From the human T2T-CHM13v2.0 reference genome, Homo sapiens: DNA of 64,000 nt. The stretch is from NCBI RefSeq assembly GCF_009914755.1, contig NC_060926.1. The stretch is one strand, 5' to 3'. Shown in pieces: positions 13,971-27,600 of the stretch (the stretch's first letter is position 1; each line of letters starts with the position of its first letter). The notes under the pieces were generated by a model, which did not search any database, was not told the DNA's origin, and saw nothing but the letters and a program-made list of their open reading frames with translations. The position numbers and the translations under genes are program-made.

Positions 13971-14304
13971 TAAAAGAAGAAATAGATTAACATAAATGTG
14001 GCATTTTGAATAAAATTGCTTATGCAATTTTTCATTAAGGCAAAAACTAACAATTCTGAGTGGCAATTAGAGTGACTCATCAATCAAATTATTTGATTGC
14101 ATCAAAATGAAAAACTCAACAATTTGGCATTTTAAGCAATGAGTCCAAAGATATTCCAATTATATTGCTTAGTCCCCAGAGTATTTTTCCCCTTGTCTGG
14201 GATTGGCCAATACTGAAAACCATGCCTCTTCCTAAAATATAATGAAAGCTATGTTTTGAAGAGGCTTCTTAGGTCATCTAGACAGGGCCCTGTGATCCTG
14301 TGAT

Positions 14305-14500
14305 GAGAGCTACCATTTATTGAATGTCTAGTGTGTGCCAGGCACTGTGCTAAGTCCTTTACATGCTTATTCTGCTCAGCATCATCCCCATTTTACAGAT
14401 AAGGAAACAAAGATACAGAGACAGATGTTAGCTTGTCAAGTCACACGTCTGGTAAATAGTGGAGACAGGATTTGCACCAGGCAGACTGACTGTGGCTCCA
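14305..14500 (-). mobile_element. MIR
   Basis: Core CCCATTTTACAGATAAGGAAAC plus flanking MIR text. Confidence 0.8.
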
Positions 14501-15610
14501 GTTTCCCACTGGTTTTGGAGCTGTATTAAAACAAGCACCAGGATAAATAAATATGGGGGTAACTGTGCAACCAAAGAAAGGAACCTGAAGAATTGTTGAC
14601 ATGTGCAGCTCAAGATATAATCTGCTGTCCCAATTTTCCTTTTTCTACTCACTCTTTTTTTTCTATTGCTACTGTTGCAAAGCAAACAAGCTATCCAAAT
14701 AGTCCACCTTTTAAACTAACTGTAGACTAAAAATATCATTTATTTATACTTTAAAAAATCTTGTAGATTTAGTAAAGGAAGATTTAGTAAAAATTCAATG
14801 AAGGAAGTATTTTCTGCTTAAACAGCTTGAGTTTACCTCTTGGTACACAAGATGTGGCCCTTTATTAAAGATATGGTCTTCTGTCGCCATCTTCAGGAAG
14901 AGATATAAATATCTCCTCTCTCGTGCTGTCAATTTTTAGTACATTCATGATTCAACCAAAGTTTGTTATATACAAAGAGATAAAAGCAGAATTAAAAAAC
15001 ATTTCTTAGTACATTTAGTGCACTAGTGGCCAGTATTTAAAGAGAATCTAAAAAGTAGACTGCAGTATAGAGAAAAAAGAGTATTGTATGTCAAAATGGG
15101 TTTTGACATTTTTAAGGAAAATTTGGGGTCTTCATCAAACTCTAACATTATTGAAATTTTTCTTAATAAAATATACCTGTAAGCTTTGTCTTGCTTTCCA
15201 AAGGTTTATGTCCAATGAGCAGAGGATAAAGTGCATCTTATTTCCTCCTAAGCTTATTTCTGCAGTCATGGAAGTTGCCCTTGCCTGGTGTTCTATAGAA
15301 CATACTTAGATCTTGGCCCCAGAGAGCCTATCTTGTTCACTGATCTATCCCCAGCTACCAGCAAGATTTGTGACCCATCGTAGGCACCAGTAAACATTTG
15401 TCAAGTCAATGCTTTCCTTCTTGTGTTTTACAATGAATCATCCTTTACTGTATAACTTTGGAGATAACCTAGATTTAACCAAAAATGTTGGCCAGGCCCA
15501 CCCAGCTTATCTTATCAGTAAGTGAAATGAGCTTTCTCTAAGGCAAGCCAGCCTCAGGATTAAAAAAAAAATACCCCCTGCTATTCACAGATCCTAAAAT
15601 TCTGTTATGA

Positions 15611-15965
<355 letters not shown>

Positions 15966-16176
15966 AGAAAATTAACGTCTTAAGTGCTGTTAACTCTAAG
16001 TTTGGCTGGACTCAGGGGAGCCTTAATTCCTGGGTTAAGGGATACCTTATCAGGAGTAGTACTACAGCAACTGTGGAAGGTGAGTGGTTAGGGTATGGGA
16101 AGAACATATTAGAATTTCTACATATGTCATCTTTAAAATGTCTTTGTTTTACATGACATTTAGGGTATATAACTCA

Positions 16177-16485
16177 TTTTTTTTCTTTTTTTTTTTTTTT
16201 TTTGGGACGGAGTCCCGCTCTGTCGTTCAGCCTGGAGTGCAGTGGTGCGATCTCGGCTCACAGTGACCCCCGCATCCCAGGTTCAAGAGATTCTCCTGCC
16301 TCAACTTCCTGAGTAGCTGGGACCACAGTTGCACACCACCACACCTAGCTAATTTTTTTGTATTTTTAGTTGAGACAGGGTTTCACCGTGTTAGCCAGGA
16401 TGGTCTCGATCTCTGGACCTTGTGATCCACCCACCTTGGCCTCCCAAAGTGCTGGGATTATAGGTGTGAGCCACCATGCCCAGCC
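16177..16485 (-). mobile_element. Alu (AluY/Sc-like)
   Basis: Full Alu; TSD GGTATATAACT. Confidence 0.93.
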
Positions 16486-16604
16486 ATGGTATATAACTTA
16501 TTAATACAGTAGTACATGTATATAATTTATTCTTATATATTTACACACACATCAGAGTGCTCACTAAAAATGTCTTATTAATAAGTTTGAAGATCACTGT
16601 TTAA

Positions 16605-16820
16605 AAAACGTGACTTTGGAGTCAGACCTACACTTGAAGTACAGCTCTTTCACCTATAGATGTGGGAAACTGGATAAATTCTTTAACCTCTTTAAATCTT
16701 TATTTTCTCTTTCATAAAATGGGAATAGTAATATTACTTTTGCAAGGTTGTGGTGAAAATTGAAGGAGTGGTCTGTAACGTATTCAGCCCTGGGCCTACA
16801 AAATATTAACAGTTCAGTAA
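16605..16820 (+). mobile_element. MIR
   Basis: GACTTTGGAGTCAGAC...CATAAAATGGGAATAGTAATA MIR core. Confidence 0.7.
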
Positions 16821-16821
16821 A

Positions 16822-16998
16822 TACAGCTGGCTTCATGGGGTTGTGTGTGATCTGTGTAGTCAGGGGCCTGAGTTCTGAGGTGGTTTGCATTTGGTTTAAT
16901 GCTCTGCTATGGCTGCCTTGAAATTCTTAATAATTTTTGAACAAGGGTCCTGCATTTTCATTTTTTACTGGGCCATGTAAATTATGTAGCCAGTCCTA
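16822..16998 (+). mobile_element. MER91A-like hAT-Tip100 MITE
   Basis: GGCTTCATGGG...TTGGTTTAATGCTCTGC...GAAATTCTTAATAATTTTTGAACAAGGG...AAATTATGTAGCCAGTCCT matches recalled MER91A. Confidence 0.7.
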
Positions 16999-17273
16999 GT
17001 AAAGGGTAGCTTTTACTGCTGGCCTAGCTAAATTGCTGTTCAAGGTTTTTTAGTTCAGTTATCTAAAGGTTTGTACTCTTTGATCCACATCACTATTTAA
17101 GCTTCTTTAGGCTACACATGTTCCTTCTTTGAGGATGAGCATAATATTTTTTCTAATGTAATTTTTTGTTGGGATATAATTCACATGCCATAAACCTTAC
17201 CATTTAAAAGGTAAAATTCAATTGTTTTGAGTTTATTCACAAGGTTAGCCAAGTCTCTTTATTTTATTGTAGT

Positions 17274-17571
17274 ATTTTTAATTTTTTTGAGATGGAGTCT
17301 CGCTCTTGTTGCCCAGGCTGGAGTGCAGTGGTGCAATCTCGGCTCACTGAAACCTCTGCCTTCCAGGTTCAAGTGATTCTCCTACCTTAGCCTCCTGAGT
17401 AGCTGGGATTACAGGCGTACACCACCATGCCCAGCTAATTTTTGTATTTTTAGTAGAGACAGGGTTTCACCATGTTGGCCAGACTGTTCTCAAACTCCTG
17501 ACCTCAGGTGATCCACCTGTCTTGGCCTCCCAAACTGTTGGGATTACAGGCATGAGCTGTCACACCCAGCC
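17274..17571 (-). mobile_element. AluS (Sq/Sx-like)
   Basis: Full Alu on minus strand. Confidence 0.92.
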
Positions 17572-18545
17572 CTATTCTTTTTAAAGAGCCCTAGATTAGG
17601 AGTGAATTGCACTGATTCCACATTGTTTTCCCCACTCTTTGAAGCAGGATCTAATATATGATGTGTGACTGAATTATACTACTTCATGAAAATATATTGC
17701 CCATATCAAACTAATGCTATTAATGAACTGGCCATAACATTTTAGAGGTGGGAGAGATCCCAAAGATCATTTGGTCTTACTCCTTCATTTTATGGTTTAG
17801 TAAATTGAAACCTAAAGAGATTGACTGCTTTGTTCAAAGCTGCAAGGAAAGTGGTTAGAGCTGTGGTTAAACCCAGGTCTTGTTTTAATTTCATGTGTCC
17901 CTAGCTCTATAAATCTATGTCATTCTGTTTAGTGTTCACCTTTAGACAGCAGAACCAAAAACCTCACTAATATAGAAAATTAGGTATTTGCAGGTACCAG
18001 CAGCAGGGTTCAAAAGAGTAAATTTTTTAGTCTCCTTCCCTTTAGTAAAGTGGATATTTTCAGAAATACAGAATTTTGGGTGTCAAGCTATTTGGATAAT
18101 CGTTTCTCTAGTTTTCCTCACTCTAGAACCCAACTATGTGATATTGAGGCCTTTATATTACCATTCATTGATGACATAATACTGTCCCTTCTGCGTGCAA
18201 TTTTGGAAATTTATTCATCTATGCTGCATAATGGTAGCAATTTAATGAACTTGTAACATATTATTTAGCTCATTAAAGTCTTTGCATTTAAACAATGTTG
18301 ATGCTTTTAAGGTTGTGAAGAAATCTTAGTTTAATGCAGAATTAGTTCTAATACATTCTAGAATTTTATCAGAAAACTTTCATGGCCAGGCAAACTAAAA
18401 ACACAGTAACAGTAACTCAGGCAATCACACAGACTCATGCATAATTAAATCCTCCTTTTACATTTTTTGGGAGTCTTCTTTGAGAGGATATTTTAAATAT
18501 TGATGTTGTGCAACTATAATTAATAATAAATATTTGGAGTGCTAT

Positions 18546-20605
18546 TGATGACAGTGGTGGGCCTTCCGGAGCAGCCGCTGCCACCACGCTGGCTGCAGTG
18601 GGGAGGCGCAGGCGGTGGTGGCAGGAGCCGCTGCAGGAGCAGCAGTGGCGGTGGTGGGTGTGCCCCACGTCCCCTGTGCCCCGCGTTCCTGAGGCAGCCA
18701 ACTGCACCACCCTCACCTTCACACAGCGGGGCAGGACCCACTCCCAGGTTTGGGACCTCCACTGGGGCCTCAACCTTGCTCCCGCCACGTCTTGGCAGCC
18801 CCCGAGCCCCCAGCTGAAGGCACAACCAGGACTCATGGGGCCGCCTGAGAGCGTCGGGTTTGTTTGTGCAGAGTTTGCAGGGGCTGCTGCGCCGCCTGCA
18901 CCTTGCCTACCGCTGCTGCAGGCAAAATGCGGAGAGGAGGCTAGCAGACCCTGGAGCCCACCCCTGGGAGACCCCTCGGAGCCTGCCGTCCTGGGAGCCC
19001 CCATGGTGGGGCCAGGCCGATTCACCCACTGGCAGGGGAGCAGTACGGTGGGGCATGGAGGGACAGGCAGAGAGGAGCCTGGAGGAGGAGCTGGGCCCGT
19101 GGCAATGCTGTGTTCCATGGAGTCGGCAGGAGCCCCGCCTTCCCAGGGACAGCTGTAGCCGCCCAAGTCGTGGCTGTGGACCCAGGCCTCCCTGTGCTCT
19201 TGGGGGCCGGGAGCAGGCAGGAGCCCTGCCCTCCCAGGTGCAGCTACAGCCGCCTAGCCGCGGCTGCGGATCCAGGCATCTCCGCACTCTTGGGGGCCAG
19301 GAAGGCCCCCCTTTACCCCCGCAGCCTTGGAGGTGTCTGCTCCTGCTGCCTGGCTTCTCCCAGCTCCTGCTGCTCACTCTGATCTCGGAGCAAGGTTGGG
19401 GCCAAGCCCAGGTGCTGTTGCAGCCCAGCTGGGTGTGCGCACACTCAGGGCAGCGCTGACACACCAGTCCCCTGCCGCCTCAGCCTCCTCTGGGCTTTGG
19501 GCACCGATAAGCCCGTGAGGGAGGCCGCGGCAGGGGCTGAGGGCAGCTTTGCACTGGCCTGCTGGTGCCCCTGGGCCGGAACCGCCTGGGCACCATAAAG
19601 GCGGCAGGATCAGACAGGCTCCTGGGAAACAGGCAGGTCCCTGGTGAAGCCCCACCTTCCATCCGGGGAAGGTCTGAAGTCTGGCGGCCGGGCTGCTGGT
19701 CCCGTGATCAGAGTGGGAACTTGTGGTGCTTTTTTCGGGCCGTCCATGGCTGCTAATGGACTGACTGGCACACACTTCCTCCCCTCTGAGGCCCATAAAA
19801 AGCCACGGACTCAGCCAGACCTGAAGAGACGATGGGACGACCTACCTAAAGAGAAGACCTACCCTTCTCTGCTGAGAGCTGAACACTCATTGGGAAAACC
19901 CTGGCTACCTAGAGGAGCTACCTACTGCGGGTCTCCTCTGAGCTGTTCTGTTGTTCAGTAAAGCTCCTCTTTGTCTTGTTCATCCTCCACTTGTCCGTGT
20001 ACCTCATTCTTCCTGGACACCCAGGACAAGAAATCGGGACCCGTCAAATGGTGGGGCTAAAAGAGCTGTAACACAAACAGGGCTGAAACACGCCTTTTGC
20101 TTGCCACGTTGCGGGCAACAAGAAGGAGAGAAGAGAGAAGAAAAGAAGAGCTGCAGCCCGTCAGGGATCCCAGACCTAGGAGCTCCCCGAGCCAGGTCTG
20201 TGACACCCTCTTTAGGGCTCTGCAGTTTCTGGCGTCTCCAAGCTTCTGGGTATCACCATGTTCCCTGATGTCAGCTGTGGAAGTTGCTTATGGTACGCCT
20301 GGTCTAGCAGCAGCCTTGCGGGGAGCCAGCTCTGGAGCCAGCACCTGGAGCTGCCCACCCTGCTGCAGCTGGAGTGCCTGGCTGCGCACAGTGGCCGGAC
20401 CCCAAGCTCGCCCACACCTCTTGCTGCTCCACGCCTGACTTGCCCTTGGCAGGTGTGGGATCCAGGCCAGTAGTGCGAGCCAAGGGTAACCTTCCAGGCA
20501 GAGTGGGCGGAATGAGCCCAGAGGGCCAGAGCAAAACCCAGCAAAGGTACCACTGGCCACAGAGGTTTCTGGATGGCCAAGTGACACTCCAAGGATCCCA
20601 TAACG
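18546..20605 (+). mobile_element. MER52-family ERV1 solo LTR (long, MER52D-like)
   Basis: Starts TGATGACAGTGG...GGAGCAGCCGCTGCC and ends ...CACAGAGGTTTCTGG...GGATCCCATAACG. 4-bp TSD CTAT (18542-18545, 20606-20609). AGTAAA poly(A)-like signal ~19957; sharply GC-rich versus flanks. Confidence 0.85.
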
Positions 20606-20629
20606 CTATGTGGTATGTATTATAATCAC

Positions 20630-20830
20630 TTTACATACATTCTCCAGTTCATCGAATTCTCACAACATATTTATGAAATGTGTTTTATTATCCATGCCTA
20701 TTTTAAAGATAAGTAAACTGAGATGTTAAGAGATAAATAACTTGCCCAGGGTCACATATCCAGATGGTAGAATTGGACTTGAATGGAGATGTCTGACTCC
20801 AGAGCCCAAATCCTTAACCATCACCCTACA
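20630..20830 (-). mobile_element. MIR
   Basis: TTTTAAAGATAAGTAAACTGAG...TTGCCCAGGGTCACA...CTGACTCCAGAGCCC. Confidence 0.75.
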
Positions 20831-20887
20831 CTTTCTCCCTATTCTCATTGGAGAAAATGATAAACCAAAATCTTACTTGATTCATTT

Positions 20888-20947
20888 TAATGAAACTATA
20901 ATTTAATAATGAAAGTATAATTTATAATAATGAAACTATAATGAAAG
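20888..20947. repeat. Short AT-rich tandem repeat (TAATGAAA(C/G)TATA x3)
   Basis: Three imperfect ~19-21-bp units visible directly. Confidence 0.7.
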
Positions 20948-21799
20948 CACTCTGCAAGGATAATGAGTAAACACCTTCAGATGGAAATAGGCCCAAGAGA
21001 AGATTCTGTAGCAGATGCTGCTCACCTGATTATGACCTTAGTATTTTGGCTGAAATAGTCAGTGAAGACACACCCTGTCCAGAATCCTGGCTCTAACAAT
21101 ATTTGGAACAGTTGAAAAATATTAATTTTAAAAACTGGAAAAAAGAGATCTATGGAGCATGTAGAACATATAAAAAATAGAATAGTAGAGCAAACTTACA
21201 TGTGCTCATTATCCAGCTTTAGTAATTATCAGCTCAGGGCCTATTTGGCTTTATGTAGAATCCCATCCACTTCTCCCTACCCTCTCCAGATTATTTCTAA
21301 ACAAATTAAGCAAATTCACACTTCAAATCTTTTCATGGTGAATAATTCAGCATGAATCTCTAAAAGATAAGAACTCTTGTTTGAAAGCATAACCACAATA
21401 CCATTATAACTTCTAAAATTTAATAATACCTTAAAATCATCAAACATTGAGTATTAACAGTTTCATGATTATCTCATAGTTCTTTTTTTTTTTAACAGCT
21501 TGTTCAACCCTGGATCCAAATATGCTCCAGAAGATAAGTTGGTATGTCCTTTAAATATGTTTTAATAAGAGTTTCCCCTGCCATCCCTCATTTTTAATTC
21601 TTATAATTTATTTGATTAAAAAACAGATTGTCTTTTAGAATTCCCCAAATATCAATTTTGCTGATTGTATCCCTGGGGTATCATTTAATATACTCCAATA
21701 TGATGACTACAAAAAGTTTTTCTTTTTAACTTTACAGTCAATCTTTAGGCATGCCTTCCTTTTGTTCATTTTGTCCTTAAGCATATCTTCAGAAATGTA

Positions 21800-22270
21800 C
21801 AATTTTCCACATTTTAAAATCAATGTAGTTTCAATTTACTTTTATCTGATTTTGAGAATTTTTTTCATATGATTAAGGACCACATTAATTTCTTCTTATG
21901 TGAACTACCTGTTCATATTTTTTGATAGAGTTACTGGTTTTATTTTTTAATCAACAGAATCTCTAATATATTTCCTTTCTCTGTGATATTAATCACAAAT
22001 ATTTTTTCCCAGTTTTTTGTTTTTCTTTTCACTTGCTTAGGATATTCTTTGCCATGCAAAATATTCTTGATTTTTTGGTAATAGAAGGTATCAATTTTTG
22101 CCCATGTTGCTTCTGGATTTTGAGTCATGGTCAGGAATGTGTTTCTCATCTCCAGGTTGTGGGTGAATTTACTCATGTTTTCTTTTAGCACTCGATGGTT
22201 TTATTTTAACATTTATATTTCTGACCCAGTTGCAATTTATTCAGGTGTCAGGTGTAAGGAATGACTCAAA
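21800..22270 (-). mobile_element. Old L1M ORF2 C-terminal fragment
   Basis: ORF 21940-22191(-) reads FLTMTQNPEATWAKIDTFYYQKIKN...NWEKIF, which is L1 ORF2-like. Confidence 0.75.
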
Positions 22271-22910
22271 TTCTACACTCTTCAGAGCAGGTTTTAAAAC
22301 TCAGGACTTTATAAAGATAGTAAAGGGATCTGTTCAAGATGATTGAACCCACAGTCCCTGGTGTAATCAAAGTAGGGTGGTGCTAGCAGTAGGGTTCTGC
22401 TGTCTCCACATCCAGCTTGTTTTTACTGAAGAACTGGCACTAATACCTCATCCCTGGGGCCACGAGAAAAATGTATGCTCTGCCCTACTCAAGACTGGCC
22501 TCTTCTCCTGGATGTGAAGATTGTCCTCTTGTCCCATGGCCTGTGCAGCTCCGTGCTAGGAGTGGGTTTTCTTCATTACAGAGACTTTCTGGGGGAGTTC
22601 TTACTCTTCTCATGCGGAAATGCCGAGTTCCCATTTAGTATGGAATCTTAATTCCCATGTCAACCGATATTTGCCGAGGGTTTTGCTGACCTCCTCGTCA
22701 CACTGACTAACCTGAAAAGTGGTCTGGCCTCTTTGCTTGGGCCTTTAGAAATCTCTAACCTGAGTACCTTCTCTGGGCAGGCTGTGTTCTCTCTGGTCAG
22801 TGAGGTAAGGAAATTTTTTTTTCTGCTACCTTTAGTGAACATAGTCTCTTTCTAAGGTAATAATAATAATAGCTAAAAGGTATTGGCTGCTTTGACAGGC
22901 ACCAGGCTTA

Positions 22911-23447
<537 letters not shown>

Positions 23448-23669
23448 TCACCCTCTAACCTAGAAGAACACACTCCAGCAGAGAAGTCTGGAAGATAGCC
23501 CTGTAAATGGGCTTAGAGCCATTTGTGTAGGGAATTCCAGGGTCTCAGATATCTGGAACATGGTCTTAAAAGTGGGGTTGGATATGGGTTCTGGGTGGGC
23601 ATGCCTCTTTGGCCTGGCAGAATCTTTGCTCCATAAGGAGAAGGAAAGTCTAGATGGTCCCCAGGCTGC

Positions 23670-23850
23670 TTTATATGTATTTTACGTATTTAATCCTTAC
23701 AACAATCCTATGAAATAGGTAGTGTTATGCCTATTTTACAGATGAGGAAGCTGAAGCTCAGAGAGGTTTAGGTAACTTGTCCAAGGCCAAAAGGCCACTA
23801 AGTGGCAAAGTAAGGATGACAATTTGAGTAGTCTGGCTCCAGAGTCCTGT
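23670..23850 (-). mobile_element. MIR
   Basis: ATTTTACAGATGAGGAAGCTGAAGCTCAGAGAGG core. Confidence 0.85.
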
Positions 23851-24179
23851 CTTCTGAACTGAAAGGATTGCCCCGTTGGACTATTCCAGGATGCTTTCAG
23901 TGTATTATATTAATCCCTCCCCACACCAATACTCAAGTATTATTGCTCTGAATATATAAACACTCAATAAAGTTGTTATGGACTCCTTATCCTTGGCAAT
24001 CACCTGAGCCTCCTTTAGTAGAATTAAAGTATCTCTAAAATACCTTCCAGCTCTAGAATCCTGATTCTTAGGTGAAGATTACTATAGTTTCCTCTTTAGT
24101 ATAAACTTCAACAGTATTCTAGAATGTATACCTGAAGGTAACACACAATTATTAATAATTATTATTAGTAATAATAATT

Positions 24180-24483
<304 letters not shown>

Positions 24484-25734
24484 TAAATTATTATTTTAGA
24501 AACCTACCTAGCAGTGAGATTGTTGCACATCTTTAAAATTTTGAAACACAAATTAATACCTTCTATAGGAAGCTCTCATTGCTCTTACTAGCAAACACTG
24601 GAAAAACTTAATATCTAAGAAAAGATTTAAAACTGGGGGAAATGTAGTGCAACTTAGTATAATAGGAAATTTAATATATCTGGAAGAGATTATCATAAAT
24701 TGTCAAAAAATGTAATAATGCAAATAGGGTATTTCTTGGTATGGATTTTAGAGAAGGCAAATAAATTAGTGTATAGGGCCCACTTGGGAAGAATATATAA
24801 TGATGCCAGATACGGTGGTCCAGATCTAACAACTAGATGTTACCCCTATTATAAGAGATCCAAAACATTGAACTGTGTTGAAAGTATAGCATGCATTATT
24901 AGCTATATGACTGACTTTTCACATTTTTTCTTTGAGGCTAGCGTTTCAATAGGGGCTTTATTAAAAAGGTACACTATGACTGACATATTATCAGGAGGAA
25001 AAAAAGAATTGTTATCAGCGTTAATGTCTGGATTAAGAAATTTTAAGTGATGTGAAGTTTCAAATGTCTGTACGTTGCAAGTTGGTCTTCAGGCAATCTA
25101 GACTTTATGTAGAGTTCTAGCTAGTTACATTTGAAAGACCAGACTCTCTCTGGGTATCTAGGCATGCTTTTTAGAATAGGTCCTTTTCACACAGGGATTA
25201 AAGAGGCTTTTTCTCACTTGTCTGACCCGGTTCTTTTATGTTATCTTTATTGTACAGAGAATAAAGAGGAACCCCATCTTCAGTAAAATAAATCATAAAA
25301 ACTTTTCGTTGATTTGATATTCTCTTAGACTGTACTGCCTTCCACAGCTCAATAGACAGAAACTCTTTATCCTTTATTTAAAAAGTTTGAAAAAAGATGG
25401 GAGGGGGATGGGAAACTTTAGAAATTTTTTTTCCTCCCCAAATGACTGATAATTGCCCATTCCCTTTAGCCCTAGCATTTTATATCTTCTAATGTGACTT
25501 GTATAGTTTATCTAAGATGTTAATTATTCCTGTAAACATGCTAAACATAGAATAAGTTCTGGATGATAGACAAAAATGCTGAATTTTAATTGAAAAATCA
25601 ATCACTTCCTTTATGAATAAGAAATCATTTCTGCTCTAAAAATAACTGCCATTTAAGAAACTGAACAGACAAATGATTGGTACATATAATATGCAGGAAA
25701 TCCACGTCACAACGAAGTAAAACGAGTCCAACTT

Positions 25735-26790
<1,056 letters not shown>

Positions 26791-27011
26791 TTATTTTTAA
26801 GTCTTTTACTTAAAAATGTGGACTCTAACCCCATTTGTTGATAACTGGTTATATACTACTGTCAATTTTTATTAGTTTAATGGTATCTAAAGTGTGATAC
26901 CAATGAGGTCAAGGCTACAAGTTCTAGTTCCAAATAATTGGTTGGTTTCATACAGAAGAAATTGTGGTTAAACAGCTACACTCATATGTCCTAACTGTGT
27001 CCATCAATCTG

Positions 27012-27173
27012 ACAGGCTTTTAATTTATTTTTATTTTTTTGAGGCAGAGTCTCACTCTGTCGCCCAGGCTGGACTACTGCAGTGAACTGTGATTGCATCA
27101 CTGCACTGCAGCCTCAGTGACAGAGTGAGACCCTGTCTCAAAAAACAAACAAAAAATAAATAAAAAGCCTTGT
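27012..27173. repeat. Inverted pair of Alu 3'-end fragments forming a hairpin
   Basis: T-tract-GAGGCAGAGTCTCACTCTGTCGCCCAGGCTG followed within ~35 bp by CAGCCTCAGTGACAGAGTGAGACCCTGTCTC-A-tract. Confidence 0.85.
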
Positions 27174-27189
27174 AATTTTAAACGTACAA

Positions 27190-27600
27190 ACTTTCCCCTG
27201 CACCCAGGAATATACTGTACAATCCTAGCCTCCCTTGCAGCTAGACACACTTGGTTACTAAATTCTGGCCAATGGGATAAAAGCAAAAATGTTGTATGAG
27301 ACTTACAGAAAATATTCTTAAAGGGAGAGGATATGCCCATCTTGATTTCTCCTTTCTGTTAGCAGGAATGCAAATATAACCACTAAAGTTTGTTCTATCG
27401 TCTTAGATCATGAGGTGAAAGACGTGTGCTGGATGTAGCAAGACAGGAGGGAGGATTCTGAGGATCGGACAATTTCTTGAAGCTGCTGTACAAGACCTCA
27501 ACTGCCTATCTCCACACTTTTTATGTGAGAGAGAAACTTCTACCTTCTTTAATGGTTTGAGATCTTTAGTCATTTGCCATTAACCTTCATCATAACTGTC
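27190..27600 (+). mobile_element. LTR16/LTR33-type ERVL LTR relic
   Basis: CCTAGCCTCCCTTGCAGCTAG...TAAATTCTGGCCAATGGGAT motif typical of LTR16/33. Confidence 0.55.

Noticed and set aside
18435-20625. Dense overlapping ORFs up to 243 aa on both strands
   Set aside because: They lie in the GC-rich MER52 LTR, where stop codons are scarce; low-complexity P/G/A/S/R products with no recognisable domain.
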